In this document: positions 1 through 8,366 of the stretch, piece by piece
Numbering within the stretch: position 1 is the stretch's first letter
How the letters are laid out: each line of letters starts with the position of its first letter
DNA from: an uncultured Acidobacteriota bacterium
Lineage (GTDB): Bacteria > Acidobacteriota > Vicinamibacteria > Vicinamibacterales > CAVVIG01
Length of the DNA: 64,000 nucleotides
NCBI GenBank assembly: GCA_963728825.1
Contig: CAVSLA010000003.1
Location: 208,361-272,360 of the forward strand
Reading direction: 5' to 3'
The notes under the pieces: generated by a model
The model's database searches: none
Told to the model about the DNA's origin: nothing
Seen by the model: the letters and a program-made list of their open reading frames with translations, nothing else
Program-made: the position numbers and the translations under genes

Positions 1-2
1 CC

Positions 3-200
3 TACGTCTTCTTCACGACCGCCGGCCGGGCCCTGGTCGCCGTCAGCCGCGTCCACCCGTCTCGGTTCCTGATCGTGTTCGGCTTTCTGATGATGATCGT
101 CGCGATCCTGAGGTGGCACCGCCTGCGTACCTGGGGCCGCTTCCCGCTGATGTTCGACGACGACCCGCCGGAATTCGCGCAACCGATTCAGCTGCGGTAG
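3..200 (+). CDS. C-terminal fragment of a membrane protein (start lies outside the window)
   Basis: The frame is open from the window edge to TAG at 198-200. It contains the hydrophobic segment RFLIVFGFLMMIVAILRW and has GC-rich third codon positions. Confidence 0.4.
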   Translation, partial: YVFFTTAGRALVAVSRVHPSRFLIVFGFLMMIVAILRWHRLRTWGRFPLMFDDDPPEFAQPIQLR

Positions 201-216
201 CTCGCCATCGCCGACT

Positions 217-597
217 TCAGATCTCTACTCCTTCGATCTCGTCGTCCGCGACATCCACGACGACGCTGTGCAGGTCGACCCGGAACCACTCACGGAACAT
301 CTTCAGGCTGCGCTGCTGCGGCCAGGCACTCTCGTCCTCCGTCCAGGCGGACAGCTGGGATTCGAAGAGCACCGTATAGTTATCCTCAACCCACACGAGC
401 AGATCCTCCTCTTCGACACCCTCGGGCAGCAGGTACGCGGATCCGTACGGCCTGGCACGCGGAACAGTGATGTTCACCGCCGCACCTCCGCCCGTCGACT
501 CCTTCAACGGCGCAAACGCCGCATCCCGGGCGCGCGTCCACTCGAGATAAGGCTGCGCACCCACGACGGTGATGGCCGTGCGATTGATGAGTCGCAT
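217..597 (-). CDS. hypothetical protein, 126 aa
   Basis: ORF-track ORF with balanced acidic composition (WVEDNYTVLFESQLSAWTEDESAW), unlike the Arg/Pro-rich antisense frames. I recognise no motif. Confidence 0.55.
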   Translation of the reverse strand: MRLINRTAITVVGAQPYLEWTRARDAAFAPLKESTGGGAAVNITVPRARPYGSAYLLPEGVEEEDLLVWVEDNYTVLFESQLSAWTEDESAWPQQRSLKMFREWFRVDLHSVVVDVADDEIEGVEI

Positions 598-606
598 GAG
601 GAAGCT

Positions 607-1842
607 CTATGGCGTCGGCAGCAACGCGCCGCCGACGTCCGGTGCGGCGGTGCGCGCCGGCAGGGCAACGAACCAGCAGCCGAAGCCGAGGGCCACGACA
701 ATGCCGGCCAGCATGTAGAACATGAAGTCATACGAGCCGGTTCGCTCCAGCGACGCGGCCAGCAGGAGTGGCCCGATCCCGGACGCGAGCACCGTCATCA
801 TCTGCGCGGCGCCCTGGATGCGGCCGAGATGCGCGCGGCCGAACACCTCGCTCCACACGGAAAAGAACACGACCGTCACGATGCCGCCCGAGGCGCCCAT
901 CGTGATCGCATACAACATCACGTGTCCTTGCGTGCGCACCTGGGGCAGAAGCAGCAGCGCTCCGGCCAGCGCCGCCATTCCGACGCCCATCACCCGCTGG
1001 ATCGGCCACCAGGTGGCCAGCCAGCCTCCTCCGAAATTGGCGACGAGCCCGACCATGGCGCTGACGGCGAGCACCAGATAGTAGGTGGATGCATCGAAGC
1101 CGCGGATCTCGAGGATCGATTGATTGAACAGCGCGATGCCCGAGTAGACCAGGCCGAACACGGCGCTGGCCAGTGCAAACATCCAGAACGCCGGGCTCTG
1201 CATCGCATCCCAGATCGTCACGTCGGACGGCTGCGACGCGAGCCGCTCCGGGTCGGCGGCGATCTGACTGCTGTCCCGGGCCAACAGCCACGCCAGCGGC
1301 GCCGCGGCCAACAGGGCCACCCCGACGACCAACCAGGCACTGCGCCAGCCGGCCTGCAGCACCAGCTGGCCGACGACTGGAAACGCGATCACGAACCCGA
1401 TGCCGACGATCAGCGCGTAGATCCCCATCGCCAGGTTCAGGCGGCGTGCGAACCACTTGCCGACGATCGCCAGGCTGACGACTGACAATGCGCTCTGCCC
1501 GAAGCCGCGCGTCAGCGTGACGGCGACGATCAGTGCAAGCCAGCCCGACGCCTGGCTCATGGCCATCACCGTCGCCCCGAGCGCCGCGAGCAGCCCGGTG
1601 AGAACGAAGCGCGCGCCCCATCGGTCGGTCAGCCGCCCGACGGGCAGGCAGAACAACGATCCGATGAGCGTCGCCCAGAGATTGATGGTGGCGTAGTCGG
1701 TGCGGTCGAGTGAGAGATCCGCAATGACCGGCTCGGTGACCAGACCCAGCCCCTGGGTGCGGCCAGGAAGCGTCGCCACCATCGCCGTGGCGGCCACCGC
1801 CAGGTTGATCCACCCGTAATAGAATCGCCGCGGACCGTCCAT
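607..1842 (-). CDS. MFS transporter
   Basis: 411 aa with about 12 hydrophobic helices. It has an MFS loop 2-3 type motif, PVGRLTDRWGARF. Confidence 0.85.
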   Translation of the reverse strand: MDGPRRFYYGWINLAVAATAMVATLPGRTQGLGLVTEPVIADLSLDRTDYATINLWATLIGSLFCLPVGRLTDRWGARFVLTGLLAALGATVMAMSQASGWLALIVAVTLTRGFGQSALSVVSLAIVGKWFARRLNLAMGIYALIVGIGFVIAFPVVGQLVLQAGWRSAWLVVGVALLAAAPLAWLLARDSSQIAADPERLASQPSDVTIWDAMQSPAFWMFALASAVFGLVYSGIALFNQSILEIRGFDASTYYLVLAVSAMVGLVANFGGGWLATWWPIQRVMGVGMAALAGALLLLPQVRTQGHVMLYAITMGASGGIVTVVFFSVWSEVFGRAHLGRIQGAAQMMTVLASGIGPLLLAASLERTGSYDFMFYMLAGIVVALGFGCWFVALPARTAAPDVGGALLPTP

Positions 1843-1893
1843 CCGCGGCGATTCTACCCTGTCGGTCAGCTCCTCAGCACCTCAGCTTCTGTT

Positions 1894-3105
1894 TCAGCTC
1901 CGTGCCTGGACCTTGAGGTTGTTGACGACCTTGGCAACGCCTTCGGTGTCCTCCGCGATGACCTCGGCGGCATGTTTGGCCGCGTCCGACGGAACCGACC
2001 CATTCAAGGTCACGACACCGTTTTTCGTGTCGACATCGACCTTGCGCGACTTGATCTCGTCGTGGATGAAGTACTTCGACTGCACCTTCATCGTGATCCA
2101 CGCATCGTCGACCTTCAAGCCGACCTCGGTGCGCGGGCTGGCGTCGGTTCGTGAGTTGCTCGTGCCGCGATCGACGACCAGGTTGTCGTGCACCATCTCG
2201 ACCCCGTCGGTCGAACGGGCGATCGACAGCGCGTGCTGACGCTCTCCTTCGCTCTGCACCGGCCCCTTCAAGGTCACCATGCCGTCTTTCGTCTCCACGT
2301 TGATGTTTCGCGCGCGCACGTCGTCGTCCACAAAGTACTTCGATTGGATCTTCATCGTGATCCAGCCGTCCTCGATTTTGTCGGCCGCGCTGCGCGCAGC
2401 CTCCCGCACCTCGTCTCTCGCCTCGCGGGCGTCACCTTTGACTGCAGTCGAGTCTTTGATGGCTCCACTGGTGGCCACGGCCTCGCGAATCCTGAGGCCT
2501 TCATTCACACGGGTGACACCCTCCGTAGCGCGGGCGATCCGCACGGCTTCAGTGCGATCGCTCTCAGAATCAACCGTTCCGGTCAGCGTCACGACGCCAG
2601 CCGGAGAAGTATCGACGTCGATGCGCCACGGCTTCAGTTCGGGATTGAGGTAATACTGCGACTGGATCTTCGAGGTAATCCAGCCGGGGGTCCGGTCGCT
2701 GTCGCGCCGGAGCGTCGTGTTATCGGGTGCGTGATGCTGCTGCGCATCCGGCTTCGGGTCGACCACCGGACGCACGACCAGTTTATTGTTCACCCGCGAC
2801 ACGCCGCTGACGTCGCGCGCAATCTGCTCGGCAGCCTGCCGCTCCGAATCGCGGTCGACCGTCCCCTCGAGCGTGACAACGCCCTGGTTGGTGTCGACAT
2901 CCACACGATGGCCTTTTACATCCGGAGACACGAAATACTTCGATTGAATCTGCGTCGTGATCAGCGCGTCGCTCTGGCGAGCGGAACCGGCTGTGCTCGT
3001 GGTATCCGGATTTGGCGAGATGTTGTCGACCTGCGGCGTGTTGTCACACCCCACAAGCGCGAGCGTTGTCAGCGCCGCAGCGCAGCCGTAGGCTCGTAAT
3101 CTCAT
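1894..3105 (-). CDS. BON-domain lipoprotein (four BON repeats)
   Basis: Lipobox LALVGC. There are four repeats of the pattern xIDVDTxxGVVTLxGTVxSxxxRxxAxxIARxxxGVxxVxNxL. GGGAGG lies 5 nt upstream of the ATG at 3105, while the ORF is open to 3126. Confidence 0.85.
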   Translation of the reverse strand: MRLRAYGCAAALTTLALVGCDNTPQVDNISPNPDTTSTAGSARQSDALITTQIQSKYFVSPDVKGHRVDVDTNQGVVTLEGTVDRDSERQAAEQIARDVSGVSRVNNKLVVRPVVDPKPDAQQHHAPDNTTLRRDSDRTPGWITSKIQSQYYLNPELKPWRIDVDTSPAGVVTLTGTVDSESDRTEAVRIARATEGVTRVNEGLRIREAVATSGAIKDSTAVKGDAREARDEVREAARSAADKIEDGWITMKIQSKYFVDDDVRARNINVETKDGMVTLKGPVQSEGERQHALSIARSTDGVEMVHDNLVVDRGTSNSRTDASPRTEVGLKVDDAWITMKVQSKYFIHDEIKSRKVDVDTKNGVVTLNGSVPSDAAKHAAEVIAEDTEGVAKVVNNLKVQARS

Positions 3106-3238
3106 GTGTCCTCCCAATGCCCGCATGAGATGTGCAAAACAGCCGCCGGGGCGGCGGCTGAGATAACGGTCGAGCCCGGCAACTCAACATTTCTTCCAGT
3201 TCGCACGCATCCTGCAATGACGTCAGGCGGACAGAACA

Positions 3239-3460
3239 ATGGCGCATTGGGTCTTGAGAGGACAAATGGCCGAGCATCGTGACGACGGGCGGACGAAGCA
3301 GGAAAAGGGCTACGACGAAGCCGCACGTGGCGGCCCGGGGATGCCGAGCACGAGCGTCGGCACGAACCCGGACCAGCACCCGGATGGCGAGGACCGCTTC
3401 GACCGCGAGGCGCGCGAGGCTGCCCACGACGTTCGGCGCCGGGAGTCGTCGGCCGAGTAG
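3239..3460 (+). CDS. small hydrophilic hypothetical protein (likely starts at the second ATG, 3266)
   Basis: GC3-rich codons and a charged, low-complexity product (EHRDDGRTKQEKGYDEAARGG). No recognisable motif. Confidence 0.35.
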   Translation: MAHWVLRGQMAEHRDDGRTKQEKGYDEAARGGPGMPSTSVGTNPDQHPDGEDRFDREAREAAHDVRRRESSAE

Positions 3461-3513
3461 TGTTGTCCGGGCTGTCGGAGTGATGGCACGCCGCCAGGCC
3501 GGCGCGTCTGGGG

Positions 3514-3807
3514 TTAGTGTCCGCCGAATACCACGTAGCCGCGTTTACGCAGGCTGTCGGCGAGGATTCCTTCCATTTCCTTGGCCCTGGCATACGGCAT
3601 CGGGTTGAGGTGTGCGTACAGTTTCGGCACGAGCCTGGCCCCGCACTTTCTGACGATGCGTGCCGCCTTGATGCCGTTGCGGTGGTTCTCGAAGCGTCGT
3701 TCTGGGGACAAGCCCGTCATGCCCACGTAATAACCCGCCTTGCCGTCCCCTTTCGGGTTGCGGAGATACACGACGTACACCGAATGATGTCCCCGCTTTC
3801 CAGCCAC
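3514..3807 (-). CDS. GIY-YIG-like small protein, start uncertain
   Basis: SVYVVYL..GYYVGMTG..RFENHRNG resembles the N-terminal GIY-YIG pattern. The ORF is open to ATG 3912, but that start would overlap the divergent gene at 3911, so the in-frame GTG at 3807 was chosen. Confidence 0.45.
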   Translation of the reverse strand: MAGKRGHHSVYVVYLRNPKGDGKAGYYVGMTGLSPERRFENHRNGIKAARIVRKCGARLVPKLYAHLNPMPYARAKEMEGILADSLRKRGYVVFGGH

Positions 3808-3910
3808 GCGTAAGTTGTCGGCAGAAAGTGTTCCCCGATTTAGCGTCCTTGATAGAATCCGTTCGACTCTGAGCAGCCTGGTCACCGCAGTCTGAGCGCA
3901 GGAGAACAGC

Positions 3911-5131
3911 ATGAGACGGAATTTTCTCGTGGCGGCCGCGTTCCTCGTCCTGATCGCCGGCCTTGGTGCGGCTCAGGCGATTCTCGCCAGCATCGCGCTC
4001 GCGCAGAGCAAGACCTCGGTCCAGGCGCCGCGCTTCGAGGTCGATCCATTCTGGCCAAAACCGCTGCCGAACAAGTGGCTGTTCGGCAACACCATCGGCC
4101 TCTACGTAGACGACCAGGATAGCGTCTGGATCGTCCACCGTGGCGCCACGAATCTCGACGACAACGAGCGCGGTCTGGAACTGAAGATCTCGGACTGCTG
4201 CCAGGCCGCGCCGCCGGTCGTCGTCTTCGACCGGCCGGGCAACGTGGTGCGCCATTGGGGCGGGCCGGGACAAGGCTACGACTGGCCCTCATCGAATCAC
4301 GGGATTTTCGTCGACCACACCGGCAATGTGTGGATCGGCGGCAACGGCCCTGGCGATTCGCACGTGGTGAAGTTCACGCGCGACGGCAAGTTCGTCGCAC
4401 AGTACGGCAAGCCGAACGTGCGCGTGAGCGGCAAGAACAAAGAAGGCCAGCCGACCTACGCCAGGGGCAGCAAGGATCCGGACAACTTCGGCCGCGTCGC
4501 CAAGATCTTCGTCGACGGCAAGGCCAACGAAGCGTACCTGGCCGACGGCTATTTCAATCGCCGCGTCGCCGTGCTCGACGCGTCCACCGGAAAAATGAAG
4601 CGGTTCTGGGGCGCCTACGGCAAGCCGCCTGACGATGCGGTGGAGCTTGGCGCTTACGATCCGGCCGCCCCGCCGCGCCCGCAGTTCGGCAATCCGGTCC
4701 ACTGCGCCGATCTGGCCAACGACGGCCTGCTCTATGTCTGCGACCGGCAGAGCGATCGCATCCAGGTCTTCAAAGCGGACGGCACCTTCGTCCGCGAGGG
4801 GTTCATCGCCAGGAACACCAAGGGCTCCGGATCGGTCTGGGACATCGCGTTCTCGCGCGACCCGCAGCAGCGCTACCTGTACGTCGCCGACGGCCAGAAC
4901 AATCGCGTCTACATCGTCCAGCGCGACAACCTGCAGGTGCTGACCAGCTTTGGCACCGGCGGCCGGATGCCCGGACAGTTCTTTGGCGTCCACAGTATCG
5001 CGGTCGACTCGCAGGGGAACATCTACACGACGGAAACCTACGAGGGGAAGCGCGTCCAGAAGTTCGTCAACAAGGGCATGGCGCCGGTGACGCAGGAACA
5101 CCAGCTCACGGTGTGGCCGACGACCAAGTGA
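3911..5131 (+). CDS. secreted NHL-repeat beta-propeller, peptidyl-alpha-hydroxyglycine alpha-amidating lyase (PAL)-like
   Basis: Signal peptide, with AGGAGA upstream of the ATG. Five blocks match my recollection of rat PAL: VWIVHRG; NHGIFVDHTGNVW; ADGYFNRRVAV; NPVHCADL..VCDRQSDRIQVFKADGTFVRE; GVHSIAVDSQGNIY. The His/Tyr/His/Arg/His positions are retained. Confidence 0.8.
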   Translation: MRRNFLVAAAFLVLIAGLGAAQAILASIALAQSKTSVQAPRFEVDPFWPKPLPNKWLFGNTIGLYVDDQDSVWIVHRGATNLDDNERGLELKISDCCQAAPPVVVFDRPGNVVRHWGGPGQGYDWPSSNHGIFVDHTGNVWIGGNGPGDSHVVKFTRDGKFVAQYGKPNVRVSGKNKEGQPTYARGSKDPDNFGRVAKIFVDGKANEAYLADGYFNRRVAVLDASTGKMKRFWGAYGKPPDDAVELGAYDPAAPPRPQFGNPVHCADLANDGLLYVCDRQSDRIQVFKADGTFVREGFIARNTKGSGSVWDIAFSRDPQQRYLYVADGQNNRVYIVQRDNLQVLTSFGTGGRMPGQFFGVHSIAVDSQGNIYTTETYEGKRVQKFVNKGMAPVTQEHQLTVWPTTK

Positions 5132-5168
5132 CCCACGTGCGACGACGGGCCGCGGCTAGAATACCGCC

Positions 5169-7106
5169 GTGGTTGCGTTCACCCCATATGTAACTCCCGA
5201 AAGGGAGCTGCCCGAATCGACCGTCAAAGCGTACGTACCGGGCATCCTCTTCGGCATCATTTTCGGTGCGGCCAACGCCTACCTTGGCCTCCGCGCCGGC
5301 CTGACGATCTCAACATCCATCCCGATCGCCGTCATGACGGTCGCTGTCTACAAAGTGCTGGCGGCAGCTGGCCAGCGCGGCAACATCCTCGAAGCCAACA
5401 TGTCACAGGCGATCGGCTCTGCGTCGAGCTCGGTCGCCAGCGGCGTCATCTTCACGATCCCGGCGCTGTTTCTCTGGAACCTCGATCCGACGGTCCTGCA
5501 GATGACGCTGCTGGCCCTGGGCGGCGGTCTGCTCGGCGTGCTGTTCATGATTCCGTTGCGCCGGCTGCTGATCGAAAGGGAGCACGGCGCGCTGCCCTAT
5601 CCGGAAGGAACGGCGTGCGCCGAAGTCCTCATTGCCAGCGAGGCCGGCGGCGCGCGGTCGCAGGGCGTGTTCGCGGGGCTCGGCGTCGGCGCGCTGTTCA
5701 AAACGCTGGCCGGCGGTGCCCAGGTGTTTCCTGACGGGTTCGAAACGCACGTGCCGCTGCTGAACAAGGGACAGATCGGCAGCGAGATCTCAGCGGCGCT
5801 GTTCGGCGTCGGCTACATCCTGGGGCCGAGGGTCGGCACGGTGATGGTGAGCGGCGGCCTGCTCTCGTCGCTCGTGATCATTCCGATCATTGCCACCTGG
5901 GGCGAGGCGCGGACCACGCCGTTCTTTCCCGAGACGTCGCTGACCATCGCCGAGATGAGCGCCAGTCAGATCTGGTCGCGTTACGTCCGTTATATCGGCG
6001 CCGGCGCGGTGGCCACGGCCGGTATCATCACCCTGATTCGCAGCATCCCGACGATGCTCGAGAGTTTCCGGATGGGCGCCGAGCAGATGCGGGCCCGCGG
6101 CGGCGGACACCAGGCGGCGCCGCGGACGTCGCGCGATCTGCCGTTCAGCGTGACCATCGTCGGAGCGATCGGCGTGTTCCTGATGCTGGCGCTCGTGCCA
6201 CAGGCGTTCGGTGCGCTCGACAGCATCGTTCATCGTTCGGTGGCGGCGCTCTGCGTCGTCATCTTTGCGTTCTTCTTCGTCACCGTCTCGGCGCGGATTG
6301 TCGGTCTGGTCGGCGTGACGTCGAACCCCACCAGCGGCATGACGATCGCCTCGCTGCTCGGCACCTCGGCGGTCTTTCTCGCCATGGGCTGGACCGGCGA
6401 CGCGGGAAAGATGGGGGCGCTGACGGTCGGTACCGTCGTCGCGATTGCCGCGTCGATCGCCGGAGACATGTCGCAGGACCTGAAGACCGGCTATCTGGTG
6501 GGCGGCACGCCGGATCGCATCCAGATTGGCGAGCTCGTCGGGATTCTGACGTCGGCCGTCTTCGTCTGCCTCACGGTCGTCCTGCTCGACCGCGCCTACG
6601 GCTTCGGCACGGCGGAGCTGCCCGCGCCGCAGGCGACGTTGATGAAGCTGGTCATCGAGGGAGTGCTCGACAACCTGCTGCCGTGGACGCTGGTCGCCAT
6701 CGGCATCGGCATTTCGCTGATCGCGCTGACGCTTCGGCTGCCGGTCCTGGCGTTCGCGGTCGGCGTCTATCTCCCGGTTGCGACGATGGTGCCGATCTTC
6801 CTGGGCAGCATGCTTCGGCTGCTGGCGGAGCGTCGGGCGACCAGCAGCGACGATAAGGCCGCGCGTATCGAACGGGGCACGCTGCTCGGCTCAGGCCTGG
6901 TCGCCGGCGAGGGGCTGGTCGGCGTCGCAATCGCCGGAGTCGCATTTTTTCTCGGGCGTGCGCCGGCCGGGCTGGGCTCCGAGTGGGCTGGCTGGGCGGC
7001 GCAGTGGATTTCGCTCGCCGCCTTCGCATTGCTGGCGATCTGGTTCTGGCGGTCGATCACCGCTCGGGACTCGGGACTTGCGGCCGGGGATTCGCGGAGG
7101 GTCTGA
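5169..7106 (+). CDS. OPT-family oligopeptide transporter
   Basis: 645 aa (GTG start) with many TM helices. The N-terminal pattern RELPESTVKAYVPGILFGIIFGAANAYLGLRAGLT is typical of bacterial OPT proteins. Confidence 0.85.
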   Translation: MVAFTPYVTPERELPESTVKAYVPGILFGIIFGAANAYLGLRAGLTISTSIPIAVMTVAVYKVLAAAGQRGNILEANMSQAIGSASSSVASGVIFTIPALFLWNLDPTVLQMTLLALGGGLLGVLFMIPLRRLLIEREHGALPYPEGTACAEVLIASEAGGARSQGVFAGLGVGALFKTLAGGAQVFPDGFETHVPLLNKGQIGSEISAALFGVGYILGPRVGTVMVSGGLLSSLVIIPIIATWGEARTTPFFPETSLTIAEMSASQIWSRYVRYIGAGAVATAGIITLIRSIPTMLESFRMGAEQMRARGGGHQAAPRTSRDLPFSVTIVGAIGVFLMLALVPQAFGALDSIVHRSVAALCVVIFAFFFVTVSARIVGLVGVTSNPTSGMTIASLLGTSAVFLAMGWTGDAGKMGALTVGTVVAIAASIAGDMSQDLKTGYLVGGTPDRIQIGELVGILTSAVFVCLTVVLLDRAYGFGTAELPAPQATLMKLVIEGVLDNLLPWTLVAIGIGISLIALTLRLPVLAFAVGVYLPVATMVPIFLGSMLRLLAERRATSSDDKAARIERGTLLGSGLVAGEGLVGVAIAGVAFFLGRAPAGLGSEWAGWAAQWISLAAFALLAIWFWRSITARDSGLAAGDSRRV

Positions 7107-7246
7107 GCTGAACGGCTCGAGGCTGGCCTCTTTCGCGTCGAGATCGCCGGCGCGGCGGTCGGCAACGGATACCTGTTCGGAGGCCATTGCCACTACCACA
7201 TCGCGTGGCGGGAAACGCTGCGACGAATCAGCGCTGAGGCCGGTAC

Positions 7247-7313
7247 GTAGGGCGCACCTCTTAGGTGCGCCGGTATTGTCGGGTGTTCGTAGGGCGCACC
7301 TCTCAGGTGCGCC
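7247..7313. repeat. two tandem REP-like palindromes (GTAGGGCGCACCT-loop-AGGTGCGCC)
   Basis: The copies are at 7247-7271 and 7289-7313, with 9-bp stems and 3-nt loops. They lie in a convergent intergenic gap. Confidence 0.75.
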
Positions 7314-7320
7314 ACAGTCG

Positions 7321-8250
7321 CTACTGCGTCGGGCCGCCTTTCACATTCACCCTGACGATCGCTGAGGTCGAGCAGCACTGACCGCTGCCGCCTTCACCGG
7401 CGCCCTCGATCGCGTTGACGCGCAGCCAGTATTCGCCGGGCGCTGCGAACGTCGCGGTGGTCGTGACCGTTTCGCCGGCGGCGTTGGTCACCGGCAGTGA
7501 CTCGTTGGCGATCTTCACCGCCCCCGCGCCGCGATACTTGTCCCACCGAAGGTTCGCGGCGGCCGGCGGGCCGCCTCGACCCCGGCCCCGCGCGCCATCC
7601 GCATCGTCGGAACCGCGGCCCCGGCCGCGACCGCCGCCGCGCTGCGGATTCGGATCGAGCACGATCGTGTTGCCCTTGTCCATCAGCCACGTCGACAGCG
7701 TCAGCGGCTGACCGACCGCCGCGGCCATCGTCGCGTAGGTGCCCTTCGACGGGCCGGTGTGCTCCACGCCGTCCCCGATCTTGATGACCGGCGGCGTGTT
7801 GCCGGTGCCGGTGTTCAGCAACGGCTCGACGAAGTACGGCGGGTTCAGCCACGCGCTCACCGACTGCGTGATGCCGTTCGCGGTCAGCGTCCACGTGATC
7901 TTTTTCTGCCCGAAGTCCTTCGGCACCGTGATCGTGAACATCCGGTTGTTGCGCTCCGGCAGGAAGTGCGTCGGCTGTCCCTGATCCGCGTTGCCCGGCT
8001 CGATGCGGTTGTTCGGTCCGACCGGGATGTCGAAGGATTGCTTCGAATTGCGGTTGTGATACCCGAAGAGGATCGACGAGGTGCCGTCCGGATTCGTGTA
8101 CCAACCCTCGAGGTACGGGAAAACCGCCTCGCCCTTGCTGCCGAGCGGCTCGAGCGGCAGCTGCCCGGCCTGTCCGGCGGACAACACGACCCAACTGGCA
8201 AGCGCGATCATTCCCGTCAGACCTGCCACCGCAGACCTCGACGCGCGCAT
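7321..8250 (-). CDS. secreted protein of unknown function, partner of the heme/PHM-like gene (paralog of 56699-57736)
   Basis: AGGAGG precedes the ATG at 8250 (the ORF is open to GTG 8265), and there is a signal peptide. Blocks shared with the paralog: LPLEPLG..GEAV, LFGYxNRN, DIPxGPNNxxEP, GQPTHFL, WKNPPY/WLNPPY. It also has an RG/G-rich tract and a C-terminal PGEYxxxV.A..G..G....QCC.TSA.VRV.VK. Confidence 0.8.
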   Translation of the reverse strand: MRASRSAVAGLTGMIALASWVVLSAGQAGQLPLEPLGSKGEAVFPYLEGWYTNPDGTSSILFGYHNRNSKQSFDIPVGPNNRIEPGNADQGQPTHFLPERNNRMFTITVPKDFGQKKITWTLTANGITQSVSAWLNPPYFVEPLLNTGTGNTPPVIKIGDGVEHTGPSKGTYATMAAAVGQPLTLSTWLMDKGNTIVLDPNPQRGGGRGRGRGSDDADGARGRGRGGPPAAANLRWDKYRGAGAVKIANESLPVTNAAGETVTTTATFAAPGEYWLRVNAIEGAGEGGSGQCCSTSAIVRVNVKGGPTQ

Positions 8251-8320
8251 CGGATCCTCCTGCACTGATCAGAGCGAAAAAGCCAGTCACCACCCAAACG
8301 GTTGATGACTGGCGGAGGAC

Positions 8321-8362
8321 TATCGACTGGCGACTATCGACTATCGACTGTCGACTGACGAC
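8321..8362. repeat. tandem heptamer array (TNNCGAC x6)
   Basis: The units are tatcgac tggcgac tatcgac tatcgac tgtcgac tgacgac. The array is preceded by the hairpin ccagtca(8283-8289)/tgactgg(8305-8311). Confidence 0.85.
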
Positions 8363-8366
8363 TGAA

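Noticed and set aside
268-1485. Long plus-strand ORF (405 aa) and many similar long ORFs opposite real genes, for example 8379-9761, 13495-14907, 22535-24007, 24646-25566, 25796-27148, 30646-32076, 36130-37491, 57920-59506
   Set aside because: Their products are Arg/Ala/Gly/Pro/His-rich with no hydrophobic core or motifs. They lie antisense to ORFs with clear family signatures. This is the typical open-antisense-frame artefact of high-GC DNA.
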